DNA of 64,000 nucleotides from Acidimicrobiales bacterium (GCA_050011635.1 JBEKIU010000001.1:1010-65009), one strand, 5' to 3'. Numbered from the stretch's first letter, positions 34,058 through 44,523 are shown. Notes: generated from the sequence alone by a model not told the origin. Translations and numbers: made by a program.

Positions 34058-34776
34058 GCCGGGGATCGACCCGGACCCCTCGGAGCGGCACCGCCCGTGA
34101 GGTGCTCCGGGCCATCAAGCCCCGATCCAGCATCGAGGTGGCCGGCGGTTCGTCGCTCACGGCGCTGGTCCTGTCCTGCCATGCCGAGGACACCACGGGC
34201 GTGGACCTGGCCTCGGGGACACTGGTGCGGGTGCGGGTGGCCTGGCCCGAGGACCACGGGCCGGATCTGTCGCCGTTCGACGTGGTCGAAGCGCGGTTGG
34301 CCGACGAACCCGAGCGCGACGACCTCGCCCAACCGGAGGCCGTCACCGCCGCCGGGCTGCCCCGGCATCTCGGGACCCTCCACGGCCGGCGGGTGCGCCG
34401 CATGCTCCATCGCCTGGTCGCGCCGGTAGAAGAGCACGTGCTCGGGTTCCCGGGCGCATCTGCCCCGTACTGGGAGTTCCGCGGGTTCCGCCCCTCGCTC
34501 GCCCTGGTCGTCCCCACCAAGGGGCCGGTCCTGTTCCGGAGGATCGAGGACCGGTCGGTGTGGATCCGGTTCGGCTGGGGACGCAGTGACAACTGGCTGC
34601 CGGTGGAGGACCCCGCCGCCGAACGGGCCCTCGACGTGGCCCGCCGGGACCGCCTGCAGGGGAAGGATCTGGCCTCGACGCTCGGATTCAAACCCCACTA
34701 CCTGGTGGCGGCCATCACCGTGCCCCGTGACGGCCATTGCTACAAGACCGTCCGCGCCGTGCTCCCTCGCAGCTGA
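34054..34776 (+). CDS. hypothetical protein, translationally coupled to the DUF255 gene
   Basis: ATG 34054 overlaps the upstream TGA (ATGA). 240 aa, with no family recognised. Confidence 0.6.
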
Positions 34777-34809
34777 CCCCCGTATCCCCGTCGCCTACAG
34801 TCAGCATCG

Positions 34810-35970
34810 ATGCCCGCACCCGACCCGCACCCACCGTCGCCGGCTCTGGCCCTCCCGGATTACGAGGGCGCCTGCATCGCCAACGTGGTGCCCGCACTGC
34901 TCGGCCCCCCCGACGACCGCGGGGACCCGGCCTGGCTGCCCGAGTCGGCTCGGCATGCCCAGCAGGTCGTGCTCCTCGTCGTCGACGGGCTGGGGTGGCA
35001 GCAGCTCCAGGCCCGGCCGGGATTGGCCCCGACCCTGTCCGGGGCCGAGGGCATCGACCGGCCCATCACCTCGGTGGCTCCGACCACCACGGCCTGCGCC
35101 CTGACATCCATCACCACCGGTTGCCGACCCTGTCGTCACGGCCTGCTCGGCTACCGCCTGGCCATCGACGACGAGATCCTCAACGTGCTCCGGTGGACGA
35201 TGGGCAGTGGCCGGGTGCTCGACGCCCGTCGCACCGTCCCCGCCCGGAGCTTCCAGCCGTTCCCGCCCTTCCCGGGCTCGGCGATGACGGTGCCGGTGGT
35301 ATCGAAGGACGAGTTCGGCGGGACCGGCTTCACCGCCGCCCACCTCGGCGACTCACCGCTCCGCGGGTACAAGGTGCTCTCCTCGCTGCCGGTCGAAGTA
35401 GCGCGTCTGCTCGGAGAGGGCGAGCGTTTCGTCTACGCCTACTACGACGGCATCGACAAGGTGGCCCACGGGAACGGGCTCGGCGCCCTCTACGACGCCG
35501 AGCTCCGGGCCGTCGACCGGCTGGTGGCCGACCTGGTGGCCGAGCTACCGCCCGGGGCCGTCCTCGTCGTGACGGCCGACCACGGGGAGATCGATGTCGA
35601 CCAGATCGAGCTACTGGGACGCGACGTCATGTCCATGGTCAGGTTCATGTCCGGCGAGGGTCGCTTCCGGTGGCTGCACGCGCATGAGGGCGCCGCCGAC
35701 GAGCTCGAGGCTGCTGCCGCGGAGCTCTACGCCGACACCACCTGGGTCATCGGGAGGGAGCAGCTCATCGCCGACGGCATGTTCGGCGGACCGCTGCCCG
35801 ATCACCTGCTCGGCCGGGTGGGCGACGTGGCCCTGTTGCCCCATGCCCCGATCGCGTTCATCGACCCGGCCGACACCGGCGAGAACCGGCTCCACAGCCG
35901 GCACGGCTCGCTGACCGACGACGAACTGCTGGTCCCCTTGGTGGTGCTGGCTGGAGATGGGAGTATCTGA
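34810..35970 (+). CDS. alkaline phosphatase / nucleotide pyrophosphatase superfamily protein
   Basis: VVLLVVDGLGWQQL, VAPTTTACALTSITTG (nucleophile region) and VVTADHGE are core-fold motifs. Confidence 0.75.
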   Translation: MPAPDPHPPSPALALPDYEGACIANVVPALLGPPDDRGDPAWLPESARHAQQVVLLVVDGLGWQQLQARPGLAPTLSGAEGIDRPITSVAPTTTACALTSITTGCRPCRHGLLGYRLAIDDEILNVLRWTMGSGRVLDARRTVPARSFQPFPPFPGSAMTVPVVSKDEFGGTGFTAAHLGDSPLRGYKVLSSLPVEVARLLGEGERFVYAYYDGIDKVAHGNGLGALYDAELRAVDRLVADLVAELPPGAVLVVTADHGEIDVDQIELLGRDVMSMVRFMSGEGRFRWLHAHEGAADELEAAAAELYADTTWVIGREQLIADGMFGGPLPDHLLGRVGDVALLPHAPIAFIDPADTGENRLHSRHGSLTDDELLVPLVVLAGDGSI

Positions 35971-35972
35971 CC

Positions 35973-36560
35973 ATGACCACGGATCCCAGCCGTCCCGCGG
36001 CCACCGACCCCGAACCGCTCCGTCCCGAGGTGCTCGAGGGCGACCCGGGACGCGCCGCGCCGGCCGGAGCCGGGGCCGGGGCCGTCCAGATCACCGTCGA
36101 CCCCTCGGCCGACGGTGTGGGCGGCGGTGCCGGCGGCGGTGCCGACTCGGATGCGCCCAGCGAGTCCATCGAACACCCGGGCAAGCTGCTGCGGATCGGA
36201 TCGATGGTCAAGCAGCTGCTGGAGGAAGTCCGCTCCGCCCCCCTCGACGAGGCCAGCCGGGGCCGGCTCCGTGAGATCTACGAGCAGTCGATCCGCGAAT
36301 TGGCCGAGGGCCTCTCGCCCGACCTGGCCGCCGAGCTGGACCGGATCTCGATCCCCTTCGACAGCCCCACACCGTCCGACGCCGAGCTCCGGGTGGCCCA
36401 CGCCCAGCTGGTCGGATGGCTGGAAGGACTCTTCCACGGCATCCAGGCCACCTTGGTGGCCCAGCAGGTTGCCGCCCGGGCCCAACTCGACGAGATGCGC
36501 CAACGGTCGCTGCCCCAGGGTTCCGATCCGTCCGTCGGCCGACCGGGTACCTATCTCTGA
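35973..36560 (+). CDS. bpa: bacterial proteasome activator (Bpa/PafE family)
   Basis: KLLRIGSMVKQLLEEVRSAPLDEASRGRLREIY...SDAELRVAHAQLVGWLEGLFHGIQATL closely parallels M. tuberculosis Rv3780. The C-terminus is GTYL, versus GQYL in Rv3780. Confidence 0.9.
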   Translation: MTTDPSRPAATDPEPLRPEVLEGDPGRAAPAGAGAGAVQITVDPSADGVGGGAGGGADSDAPSESIEHPGKLLRIGSMVKQLLEEVRSAPLDEASRGRLREIYEQSIRELAEGLSPDLAAELDRISIPFDSPTPSDAELRVAHAQLVGWLEGLFHGIQATLVAQQVAARAQLDEMRQRSLPQGSDPSVGRPGTYL

Positions 36561-36708
36561 ACCGCCGGCCCCCGACCTGGCCTGACCGACAACTTCCCCG
36601 GGCGCCGTCCCATCGCGCTATCGTCGGAATGACAGCGGTGTAACTCGTCCACACCCTGTGGAGAACTGACGCACCTTGGGACGAGCTCGCCGAGGAAGGT
36701 AGCAGTCG

Positions 36709-39700
36709 TTGGTCGCCACACGGTCGTTCGCACACCTGCACACGCACACAGAATTCTCGATGCTGGACGGCGCCGCCCGCGTCACGGACCTGGTCCAGTC
36801 GGCAGCAGCCGACGGTCAACCGGCGCTCGGCATCACCGATCACGGGAACATGTACGGCGTCCTCGACTTCTATGCCGCCTGCCGCCAGGCAGGGATCAAC
36901 CCGGTCATCGGCACCGAGGCCTACATGGCCGCCGAGTCGAGGCACGAGCGTCCGGTGCGCAAGGGGAAGATCGACGACACCGGCGGGGACGTCGCCGGAG
37001 GGGAGAAGCTCTACTACCACCTCACCCTGCTGGCCGAGTCCACCGAGGGGTACAAGAACCTCCTCAAGCTGTCCTCAGCCGCCTACCTCGAGGGCTACTA
37101 CTACAAGCCCAGGCTCGACTGGGAGCTGCTGGAACGCCACAGCCGAGGTCTGATCGCCACCACCGGATGCCTGGGTGGGGTGGTGCTCCAGGCGCTGTTG
37201 GCCGACGATCGGATCAAGGCCGAGGCGCTCGCCGCTCGCCTGCAGGACATCTTCGGGAAGGACAATCTCTTCGTCGAGCTCCAAGATCACGGTCTCCCGG
37301 AGCAGCACAAGACCAACCCGGCGCTGGTCGAGATCGCCCGGCGAATCGGCGCACCGTTACTGGCCACCAACGACAGCCACTACACCCATCGCGAGGACCA
37401 CGTGGCCCACGACGCCCTCCTGTGCGTCCAGACCGGGGCCCTCATCGCCGATCCCAAGCGGTTCAAGTTCGAGGGCGAGGAGCACTACCTGAAGTCGGCC
37501 GCGGAGATGCGCCACCTCTTCGCCGAGCTGCCCGAGGCGTGCGACAACACGCTGCTGATCGCCGAACGGGCGTCGGTCGAGATCGAGTTCGGGCGCCCCA
37601 GCCTCCCCCGGTTTCCGGTGCCCGAGGAGTTCAGCGGCGAGACCTACGAGGAGCGGGCCGCCGCCTACCTCCGCCACCTGAGTGTCGAGGGGGCCAAGGA
37701 CCGTTACGGCCACCCCGTCCCCGCCGAGGTCATGACCAGACTCGACTACGAGCTGGGCGTGATCGCCGACATGGGCTTCTCCGCCTACTTCCTGGTGGTG
37801 TGGGACCTGATCCGCTTCGCTCGCTCGCGGGGGATCCGGGTCGGACCCGGCCGGGGATCGGCCGCCGGATGCTGCGTGGCCTACTGCCTCCAGATCGTCG
37901 ACGTCGATCCCATCCGCTACGACCTCCTCTTCGAACGCTTCCTCAACCCGGGCCGGGTCCAGATGCCCGACATCGACATGGACTTCGACGAACGGTACCG
38001 GGGCGACATGATCAAGTACGCCGCCGAGCGGTACGGATCCGACCACGTGGCCCAGATCGTCACGTTCTCCACCATCAAGGCGCGGGCCGCGGTGCGCGAT
38101 GCCGCCCGGGTGCTGGGCTACCCCTACATCGTGGGCGACAAGATCGCCAAGGCCATGCCGCCCCTGCTCATGGGCCGCGACACCCCGTTGGCCGCCTGCC
38201 TGACCCGCTCCGAAGGGCACGAAGACGGGTTCGCCGCCGCCGCCGAGCTCCGGACGATGTACGAGACCGATCCTGAGGCCAAAAAGGTCATCGACGTGGC
38301 CAACGGCCTCGAGGGACTGCGCCGCCAGGACGGCATTCACGCTGCCGCCGTGGTCATCACCGACGAGCCGGTGACCGAGTACGTTCCCGTCCAGCGCAAG
38401 CCGGACGGGAACGACCCGGACGACTCCCCCATCGTCACCCAGTACGAGATGCACGGGGTCGAAGACCTCGGGCTGCTCAAGATGGACTTCCTCGGGCTGC
38501 GCAACCTGTCGGTCATCGAGCGGGCCCTCGACCTGATCGAGGTGTCCACCGGGAGCCGTCCGGACATCGACAGCGTGCCCCTCGACGACCCGGCCACCTT
38601 CGCCATGCTGTGCCGGGGGGATTCGATGGGGGTGTTCCAGCTCGAGGGAGGGCCGATGCGGTCGTTGATGCGGTCGCTCGCCCCGACCAGCTTCGACGAC
38701 GTGGCCGCCCTGGTGGCCCTCTACCGGCCGGGCCCCATGGCCGCCAACATGCACCGCGACTACGCCGACCGCAAGAACGGCCGCCAGCCGGTGGCGTACC
38801 TCCACCCCGACCTCGAACCGGTCCTCGGCGACACCTACGGGCTGATGATCTACCAGGAGTCGGTCATGCGGGTGGCCCAGAAGATCGCCGGCTACGACCT
38901 GGCCGAGGCGGACAACCTGCGCAAGGCGTGCGGGAAGAAGAACCGGGCTCTCATCCAGGCCGAGCGCGAGAAGTTCGTGGCCGGCTGCGTCGCCACCGGG
39001 TACGAGGAGTCGCTGGGCACCGAGCTGTTCGACATCATCGAACCGTTCGCCGACTACGCCTTCAACAAGTCCCACGCGTACGGCTACGGCCTCATCGCCT
39101 ACCAGACGGCATGGCTCAAGGCCCACTATCCGGTCGAGTACTTCGCCTCCTTGTTGACCTCGGTCCGGGACAACAAGGACAAGACCGCGGTCTATTTGGG
39201 AGAGTGCCGATCCCTCGGCATCGAGACCCTGGTCCCCGATGTCAACCGGTCGCTGTCGGACTTCGCCGCCGACTTCTCCGGTGGGAAGGGGGTCATCGGT
39301 GAGAAGGGTGGGAGCCCCGGGGCCATCACCTTCGGCATGGCCGCGGTGCGCAACGTGGGCGCGGGGCTCGTCGCCCTCATCGTGGAGGAGCGCGAGCGGA
39401 ACGGCCCCTACATCGACTTCTACGACTTCTGCCAGCGAGTGGACCCACAAGTGCTCAACAAGCGGACCATCGAGTCGTTGATCAAAGCCGGCGGATTCGA
39501 TTCGCTCGGCCACCCCCGTCAGGGTCTGTGCCTGGTATTCGAGGACATCGTCGATCGGACGGCGGAACGCCGTCGAGAGCACGACGCCGGCGTGATCTCG
39601 CTCTTCGCCAGCCTCGAGCCGGAGACGGCCGGCCATGCCACCGGCTTCGCCGATACCCGGACGCCCATCCCCGATTCCGAGTTCGACAAGTCGCAGCGGC

Positions 39701-40353
39701 TCGCCTTCGAAAAGGAGATGCTCGGGCTCTACATCAGCGACCACCCGTTGATGGGCCTCGAAGGAGCGCTGTCGCGGCTGACCGACTGCACCCTGGCCGA
39801 GCTCCGGGACACCGACACCGACACCGACGTCGGCGGCGGCCCGGGAGGTGGGGCCGCCGGTTACCCCGGAGAGGGACAGATCCGCATGATCGGGGGCGTG
39901 GTCACCGACCTGACCCGTCGGTTCACGAAAAAGGGCGACCTCATGGCCACCTTCGTCCTGGAGGACCTCAACGCCTCCATCGAGGTGTTCGTGTTCCCGA
40001 AGGCCATGGCCGACTACGGGGCCCTCCTCGACGACGACGCCATCGTCGTCCTGAAGGGCAGGGTCGACATGCGCGACGATCGGCTCAAGGTCGTGTGCAT
40101 GGAGGTCCAGCGCCCCGAATTGGCCACGGATGGATCAGTCGATCTGCGGATCTCCCTTCCCATCAACAGCCTGACCGATCACACGGTGGACGGGCTCAAA
40201 CACCTCCTGTCCGAGCACCCGGGCGATTCCCCGGTGTTCTTGCACGTGGGCGAAAAGGTGCTCCGCCTCCCCCCCGAATTCAACGTGGACAGTCGCAGGG
40301 GCCTGGTGGGTGAGCTGAGGGTCCTGCTCGGGCCCAACGCCATCGAATGCTGA
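36709..40353 (+). CDS. dnaE: DNA polymerase III alpha subunit
   Basis: PHP domain FAHLHTHTEFSMLDGA, the pol III alpha core and an OB fold. 1214 aa. The first in-frame start is TTG 36709. Confidence 0.98.
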   Translation: MVATRSFAHLHTHTEFSMLDGAARVTDLVQSAAADGQPALGITDHGNMYGVLDFYAACRQAGINPVIGTEAYMAAESRHERPVRKGKIDDTGGDVAGGEKLYYHLTLLAESTEGYKNLLKLSSAAYLEGYYYKPRLDWELLERHSRGLIATTGCLGGVVLQALLADDRIKAEALAARLQDIFGKDNLFVELQDHGLPEQHKTNPALVEIARRIGAPLLATNDSHYTHREDHVAHDALLCVQTGALIADPKRFKFEGEEHYLKSAAEMRHLFAELPEACDNTLLIAERASVEIEFGRPSLPRFPVPEEFSGETYEERAAAYLRHLSVEGAKDRYGHPVPAEVMTRLDYELGVIADMGFSAYFLVVWDLIRFARSRGIRVGPGRGSAAGCCVAYCLQIVDVDPIRYDLLFERFLNPGRVQMPDIDMDFDERYRGDMIKYAAERYGSDHVAQIVTFSTIKARAAVRDAARVLGYPYIVGDKIAKAMPPLLMGRDTPLAACLTRSEGHEDGFAAAAELRTMYETDPEAKKVIDVANGLEGLRRQDGIHAAAVVITDEPVTEYVPVQRKPDGNDPDDSPIVTQYEMHGVEDLGLLKMDFLGLRNLSVIERALDLIEVSTGSRPDIDSVPLDDPATFAMLCRGDSMGVFQLEGGPMRSLMRSLAPTSFDDVAALVALYRPGPMAANMHRDYADRKNGRQPVAYLHPDLEPVLGDTYGLMIYQESVMRVAQKIAGYDLAEADNLRKACGKKNRALIQAEREKFVAGCVATGYEESLGTELFDIIEPFADYAFNKSHAYGYGLIAYQTAWLKAHYPVEYFASLLTSVRDNKDKTAVYLGECRSLGIETLVPDVNRSLSDFAADFSGGKGVIGEKGGSPGAITFGMAAVRNVGAGLVALIVEERERNGPYIDFYDFCQRVDPQVLNKRTIESLIKAGGFDSLGHPRQGLCLVFEDIVDRTAERRREHDAGVISLFASLEPETAGHATGFADTRTPIPDSEFDKSQRLAFEKEMLGLYISDHPLMGLEGALSRLTDCTLAELRDTDTDTDVGGGPGGGAAGYPGEGQIRMIGGVVTDLTRRFTKKGDLMATFVLEDLNASIEVFVFPKAMADYGALLDDDAIVVLKGRVDMRDDRLKVVCMEVQRPELATDGSVDLRISLPINSLTDHTVDGLKHLLSEHPGDSPVFLHVGEKVLRLPPEFNVDSRRGLVGELRVLLGPNAIEC

Positions 40354-40372
40354 GACCGGCAGCGTCGAAGCG

Positions 40373-40389
40373 GGCGGTCCCGGACCGCC
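40373..40389 (+). terminator. candidate stem-loop downstream of dnaE
   Basis: GGCGGT-CCCGG-ACCGCC lies 20 nt after the dnaE stop. A second hairpin TGAGCA-N10-TGCTCA follows, with TTTT in its loop. No canonical U-tract. Confidence 0.3.
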
Positions 40390-40584
40390 ACTGAGCACCA
40401 ATTTTGCTGCTCACGGGGCCCGGATACGACAGGGGCGTTCAAATCCCGTAAAATCGAGGCACGGCTCCTGACGTGGAGGCCCACAGACCCGTCCGCCTCA
40501 CCGGGCAGACGGCTGGGGGGCGTCGACGCCAGACCCGGGCCGGCGGCTGATACCGCAGCGAGACCGAGGAGTACGGAACGGCAT

Positions 40585-41259
40585 ATGTCGATCAAGGTGG
40601 AGACCAAGGACTGCACATCGATCAGTGACGCGGAGTTGGCCGAAATGGCCGATCTGTGCGCCGAACGGGAGCCCCGATTCGATATCGGGTTCCTGTCGAA
40701 ACAGCGGGAGGAGTGGGTCCTCGTCACCCGGGTGCGCGAAGGGTCGAAGCTCCGGGGCTACTCGTTCTCCACCCTGGAACGCATCGGCGGAACCCCGTCA
40801 CTCCTGATCGGGCTGGCCACCGTCGACCGCACGTCGAGGGCCGACACGGTGCTCCGGGCCATGATGGGTGACAAGTACCGGCGGGCTCTGCTGGCCTTTC
40901 CGGACGAGGACGTGCTGGTGGGAACCCGTCTGCTCGGGGCTGAAGGTTTCCGTGCCTTCTCCGGGTTGACCGAGGTCGTGCCCGGTCCGGGCCACAAGGC
41001 CACCGGCGAGGAGAGGGCGTGGGGCCGCCGGTTGGCCAAGCGTTTCGGCGCCGACGGCCGGATAGACGACCGCACGTTCGTGGTCGTCGGCGACGGGTGC
41101 GAGGCCGGAGGATTCGATTTCGTGAGCCCGAAAGACCAGGTGGGGTCCGAGATCGGCATCTTCTTCGAGGGTGTCGACGTCGGGGCCGGAGGTCGTCTGG
41201 TGGCCTTCGGATGGGCCATGGCCGAAGACCTGGCGGCGGGAAAACTCGGCGGGCGCTGA
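40585..41259 (+). CDS. hypothetical protein (224 aa)
   Basis: ATG ORF with high third-position GC. No family recognised. Confidence 0.6.
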   Translation: MSIKVETKDCTSISDAELAEMADLCAEREPRFDIGFLSKQREEWVLVTRVREGSKLRGYSFSTLERIGGTPSLLIGLATVDRTSRADTVLRAMMGDKYRRALLAFPDEDVLVGTRLLGAEGFRAFSGLTEVVPGPGHKATGEERAWGRRLAKRFGADGRIDDRTFVVVGDGCEAGGFDFVSPKDQVGSEIGIFFEGVDVGAGGRLVAFGWAMAEDLAAGKLGGR

Positions 41260-41349
41260 CCGGTTGGCCAGAACCTGCGTCGGTGCTGCCACGCTCCCGG
41301 GCCACCGAAACAAGGCCCGGACTGTCCGTGCAGGCAATAGCATGGGCAT

Positions 41350-41799
41350 GTGAAGGTATCGACTCGAGGTGACTATGCGAGCCGGGCGCTCTTGTCGCTG
41401 GCGCTCCACACCGATGGCGAAGGCCCGACCGCGGTCAGGGACATCGCCGAGCGTACCGGGCTGCCTCAGCCGTACCTCGAGCAGATCCTGCTGGCCCTGA
41501 AAGGCGCCGGCCTGGTCCGTTCCAAGCGGGGCGTGGGTGGTGGCTATGTGCTGGCCCGGCCGCCCGAGGAGATCACCCTGTCCCAGATCGTGTCGGCCGT
41601 CGACGGGCCCATCGTGGCCGGCGACTTCGGGCTTCCCCACGAGAACGGAGCCTGCGATCACGAGGGGCAGTGCGTCCTGCTCACCGTCTGGGCCGACCTC
41701 GGCGAGCGCATGCGCACGCACCTCGACTCCTTCAATCTGGCCGACATGGTGGCACGCGCCCAGGGCAGGGTGCCCGCCCTGCGCCAGAGTGCCGGCTGA
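41350..41799 (+). CDS. Rrf2 family transcriptional regulator
   Basis: MKVSTRGDYASRALLSLAL...IAERTGLPQPYLEQILLALKGAGLVRSKRGVGGGYVL. Only two Cys (CDHEGQC). TAGCAT lies 6 nt upstream of GTG 41350, which suggests a leaderless mRNA. Confidence 0.9.
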   Translation: MKVSTRGDYASRALLSLALHTDGEGPTAVRDIAERTGLPQPYLEQILLALKGAGLVRSKRGVGGGYVLARPPEEITLSQIVSAVDGPIVAGDFGLPHENGACDHEGQCVLLTVWADLGERMRTHLDSFNLADMVARAQGRVPALRQSAG

Positions 41800-41825
41800 C
41801 CTCCGGCTCCCCCGTTCATCGTCGG

Positions 41826-41845
41826 GTCGGCGGGGCCGCCCCGAC
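41826..41845. terminator. candidate bidirectional GC-rich hairpin between convergent genes
   Basis: GTCGG-N10-CCGAC lies in the 71-nt spacer between the Rrf2 stop and the histidine phosphatase stop. The support is structural only and weak. Confidence 0.25.
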
Positions 41846-41870
41846 ACCCGGGACCGGGCCGGCGATCGGG

Positions 41871-42452
41871 TCACGCCTCCGCGCCACCGAGGTTCCACCA
41901 GGAGATGACCGGCTGCTCGCGATCCCAGCCGAGTTCGCCCAGGGAAGCCGGGCCAAGTGCGAGGGAACGACCGGCCGAGGCCTCGAGCCCGGCCCACCGG
42001 GCGGCCATGACCCGAAGCACGTGACCGTGGGCCACACAGGCCACGTCGCCCGAAACGGCCCGGATCCGTTCGATCACCCCGTCGACCCGTCGGCCCACGT
42101 CCTCTGCCCGTTCCCCGCCCGGGGCGCCGTCGGCGAAGAGGTCCCAGCCGGGGCGCCGGCGCCGGATCTCCCCCGTGGTCAAGCCCTCGTAGGAGCCGTA
42201 ATCCCACTCCGCCAGGTCTGGGTCGACGACGGCGTCCTCACCCAGTCCGGCCAGTCGACAGGTCTCCCGGGCCCGGACCAGCGGGCTGGTCCACACGGCG
42301 GCGAACCGATAGTGCGACAATCGTGGGCGGAGGGCCATGGCCTGTTCCTCGCCTTCGGGGAGGAGCGCCAGGTCGGTGCGCCCGGTATGGCGGCCGGACC
42401 GGCTCCATTCTGTCTCGCCGTGTCGTATCACCATGCACCGATGCTGGGTCAT
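41871..42452 (-). CDS. histidine phosphatase (phosphoglycerate mutase-like) family protein
   Basis: MVIRHGETEWSRSGRHTGRTD (RHG motif) and AHGHVLR. ATG 42452 gives 193 aa. Confidence 0.85.
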   Translation of the reverse strand: MTQHRCMVIRHGETEWSRSGRHTGRTDLALLPEGEEQAMALRPRLSHYRFAAVWTSPLVRARETCRLAGLGEDAVVDPDLAEWDYGSYEGLTTGEIRRRRPGWDLFADGAPGGERAEDVGRRVDGVIERIRAVSGDVACVAHGHVLRVMAARWAGLEASAGRSLALGPASLGELGWDREQPVISWWNLGGAEA

Positions 42453-42621
42453 CCTGACAGCCGAACACTCCGACCAGGGAGAATGCAAGCCCGTCCCCGG
42501 CGGCCCCTCAGGGAGCACCTGGCCGAGGACGGTCGGTCCGGACGATCCGGATCCGAGCCAGAGCCCTGGAATGTCCAGGACCGATCAGGCGTTGAAAACG
42601 CTGTCGACCCTGTGACGATGA

Positions 42622-43551
42622 ATGAGGAGAGGGATGACGACTCGCACTTCGAGTAGGGAAACGGAAGGCCAGGCCCGGTCGGGCGCGGCGCGGGCGGTAC
42701 GGTCCGCGGCGTCCGGGCGCAGCCGAAGTGCAGATGCCGACACGCTCGGCCTGTTCCTCCGTGATCTCGACCACCACCCGCTCCCCGACCACGATGCGCA
42801 GACCGAGCTGGCCAAGCGGGTGGCCGACGGCGACGACGAGGCCCGGCGCGAGATGGTGGCCGCCAACCTCCGTTTGGTGGTCCACTGGGCTCGGCGCTAC
42901 CAGGACCGGGGCGTGGATCTTCCCGACCTCATCCAGGAGGGCACATTCGGCCTCATGCGGGCGGTGGACAAGTTCGACTGGGAGCGGGGATTCCGTTTCT
43001 CGACCTACGCCACCTGGTGGATCCGCCAGGCACTGCAGCGTGCCGTCCAGCAGCACGGCCGTACCATCAGGCTGCCCATGGAGGTCGCCGAGCGGAACCA
43101 GCAGGTGGACGCGGCCCTGTGGGAGCTGACCCACCAGTACCAGCGTCCACCGACCGACGACGAGATGGACAACGCCACCAACACCACCGCCGAGGTACGT
43201 TCCGACCTCAGCCAGGTGGCCCGGGTGGTTGCCAGCCTCGATCAGCCGGCCACCACCGATTCGACGGCCACCCTCGGTGACCTCGTCTCGACCGACCTCA
43301 GCGACTTCGAGGACGACGTGGCCTCGGAGCTGACCCTCGACCTGGTCCGTCAGGCGGTCGATCGATTGACCGATCTCCAACGCCAGGTGATCCGGCACCG
43401 CTTCGGTTTCGACGGAAGCGATCCGGCCTCGTTGCAGACCACGGCTGAGCGCCTCGGGATCGGGGTGCGCAAGGTGCGCCAGGCCGAGGCCGAGGCCCTG
43501 GAGGTGCTGGCCGACAGCGAGATGCTCGAAGCCGCCCACGAGGCCGCCTGA
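42622..43551 (+). CDS. RNA polymerase sigma-70 family factor (regions 2-4, group 2/3-like)
   Basis: [37 protein letters not shown] (region 2) and an HTH in region 4 ([19 protein letters not shown]). ATG 42634, preceded by GAGGAGAGGG, is an alternative start. Confidence 0.9.
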   Translation: MRRGMTTRTSSRETEGQARSGAARAVRSAASGRSRSADADTLGLFLRDLDHHPLPDHDAQTELAKRVADGDDEARREMVAANLRLVVHWARRYQDRGVDLPDLIQEGTFGLMRAVDKFDWERGFRFSTYATWWIRQALQRAVQQHGRTIRLPMEVAERNQQVDAALWELTHQYQRPPTDDEMDNATNTTAEVRSDLSQVARVVASLDQPATTDSTATLGDLVSTDLSDFEDDVASELTLDLVRQAVDRLTDLQRQVIRHRFGFDGSDPASLQTTAERLGIGVRKVRQAEAEALEVLADSEMLEAAHEAA

Positions 43552-43578
43552 CCCACTGCGGACCCCGCCGCGGTCGCC

Positions 43579-44523
43579 TTACGCCGACAGCTGGTCCAGT
43601 TGCCGGCGCAGGTCGTCCGGTAGCTCCGAGGTCCATGACATCCCGGCTCCGGTGGACGGATGCTCGAGGGCCAGCGAAGCGGCGTGCAGGAAGGGCCGGG
43701 ACACCACGGCACCGGGCAGCGATCGGCCGTGACCGTACACCTCGTCGCCCACCACCGGATGGCCGATGGCCGACAGATGGACCCGGATCTGGTGGGTCCT
43801 GCCCGTCTCCAGCCTGGCCGTCATCAAGGTGGTCGGGGCCGGCCGGGAGAACCGACCCTCGACCCGGTACCGGGTCCTGGCCTCCTTCCCCTTGCGTGAC
43901 ACGGCCATACGGGTCGGAGCGCTGACCGACCGGCCCACCGGGGCGTCCACCATCCCGGACTCCTCCTCCACCCTCCCGAGCACCAGGACCCGGTAGATCC
44001 TGGTCACGGCGCGGTCCCCCATCTGGCCGACGAGAGACCGGTAGGAGCCTGGCGTGCGAGCCACCACCATCAGGCCGGAGGTCCCCCGGTCGAGCCGGTG
44101 CACGATGCCCGGTCGGTCGACGTCGGTCCCCAGTTGCCCGGGCAGCGTCCGGAGGTCGGGGTACCGGTGGACGAGCCCATTGACCAAAGTGCCGGTCCGG
44201 TGACCGGACCCCGGGTGCACCACCAGGCCGGCGGGTTTGTCCACCACGATGAGCTCCTGGTCCTCGTAGACGACCTCGAAGGTGACAGAGGGGTCGCCGT
44301 CGGGCGCCTGCTCGGGCCGCGCCGAACCAGGGTCCACCACCAGCTCCTGACCGGTTCGGAGCGCCGTGCTCCTGCTCCGCACCGTCATGCCGTCGATCTG
44401 CACCCTACCTTCGGCGATCAGGCCATTCACCGCCGACCGGGACATGTCGGCCACCAGGGCCACCGCCTTGTCGACCCGCACGCCGTCGAGCGCTGTCGGC
44501 ACCTCGACCCTCACCACCGTCAC
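43579..44523 (-). CDS. rluD: RluA-family 23S rRNA pseudouridine synthase (RluD-like, S4 domain)
   Basis: GIVHRLDRGTSGLMVVA and GRTHQIRVHL motifs. GTG 44523 overlaps the lspA stop (GTGA) and gives 314 aa. Confidence 0.92.
   Translation of the reverse strand: MTVVRVEVPTALDGVRVDKAVALVADMSRSAVNGLIAEGRVQIDGMTVRSRSTALRTGQELVVDPGSARPEQAPDGDPSVTFEVVYEDQELIVVDKPAGLVVHPGSGHRTGTLVNGLVHRYPDLRTLPGQLGTDVDRPGIVHRLDRGTSGLMVVARTPGSYRSLVGQMGDRAVTRIYRVLVLGRVEEESGMVDAPVGRSVSAPTRMAVSRKGKEARTRYRVEGRFSRPAPTTLMTARLETGRTHQIRVHLSAIGHPVVGDEVYGHGRSLPGAVVSRPFLHAASLALEHPSTGAGMSWTSELPDDLRRQLDQLSA

Noticed and set aside
34810-35970. The alkaline-phosphatase-fold gene as a PglZ-like component of a BREX or other defence system.
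   Set aside because: No methyltransferase, ATPase, PglX/BrxC-like or nuclease genes are nearby. The neighbours are housekeeping genes (bpa, dnaE), and the protein is much shorter than PglZ.
40431-40449. A tRNA-like T-loop (GGGCGTTCAAATCCCGT) that could mark a tRNA gene or an integration-site remnant downstream of dnaE.
   Set aside because: The putative T-stem has 2 mismatches in 5 pairs. No acceptor, D or anticodon arms can be drawn, and there are no flanking direct repeats or integrase.
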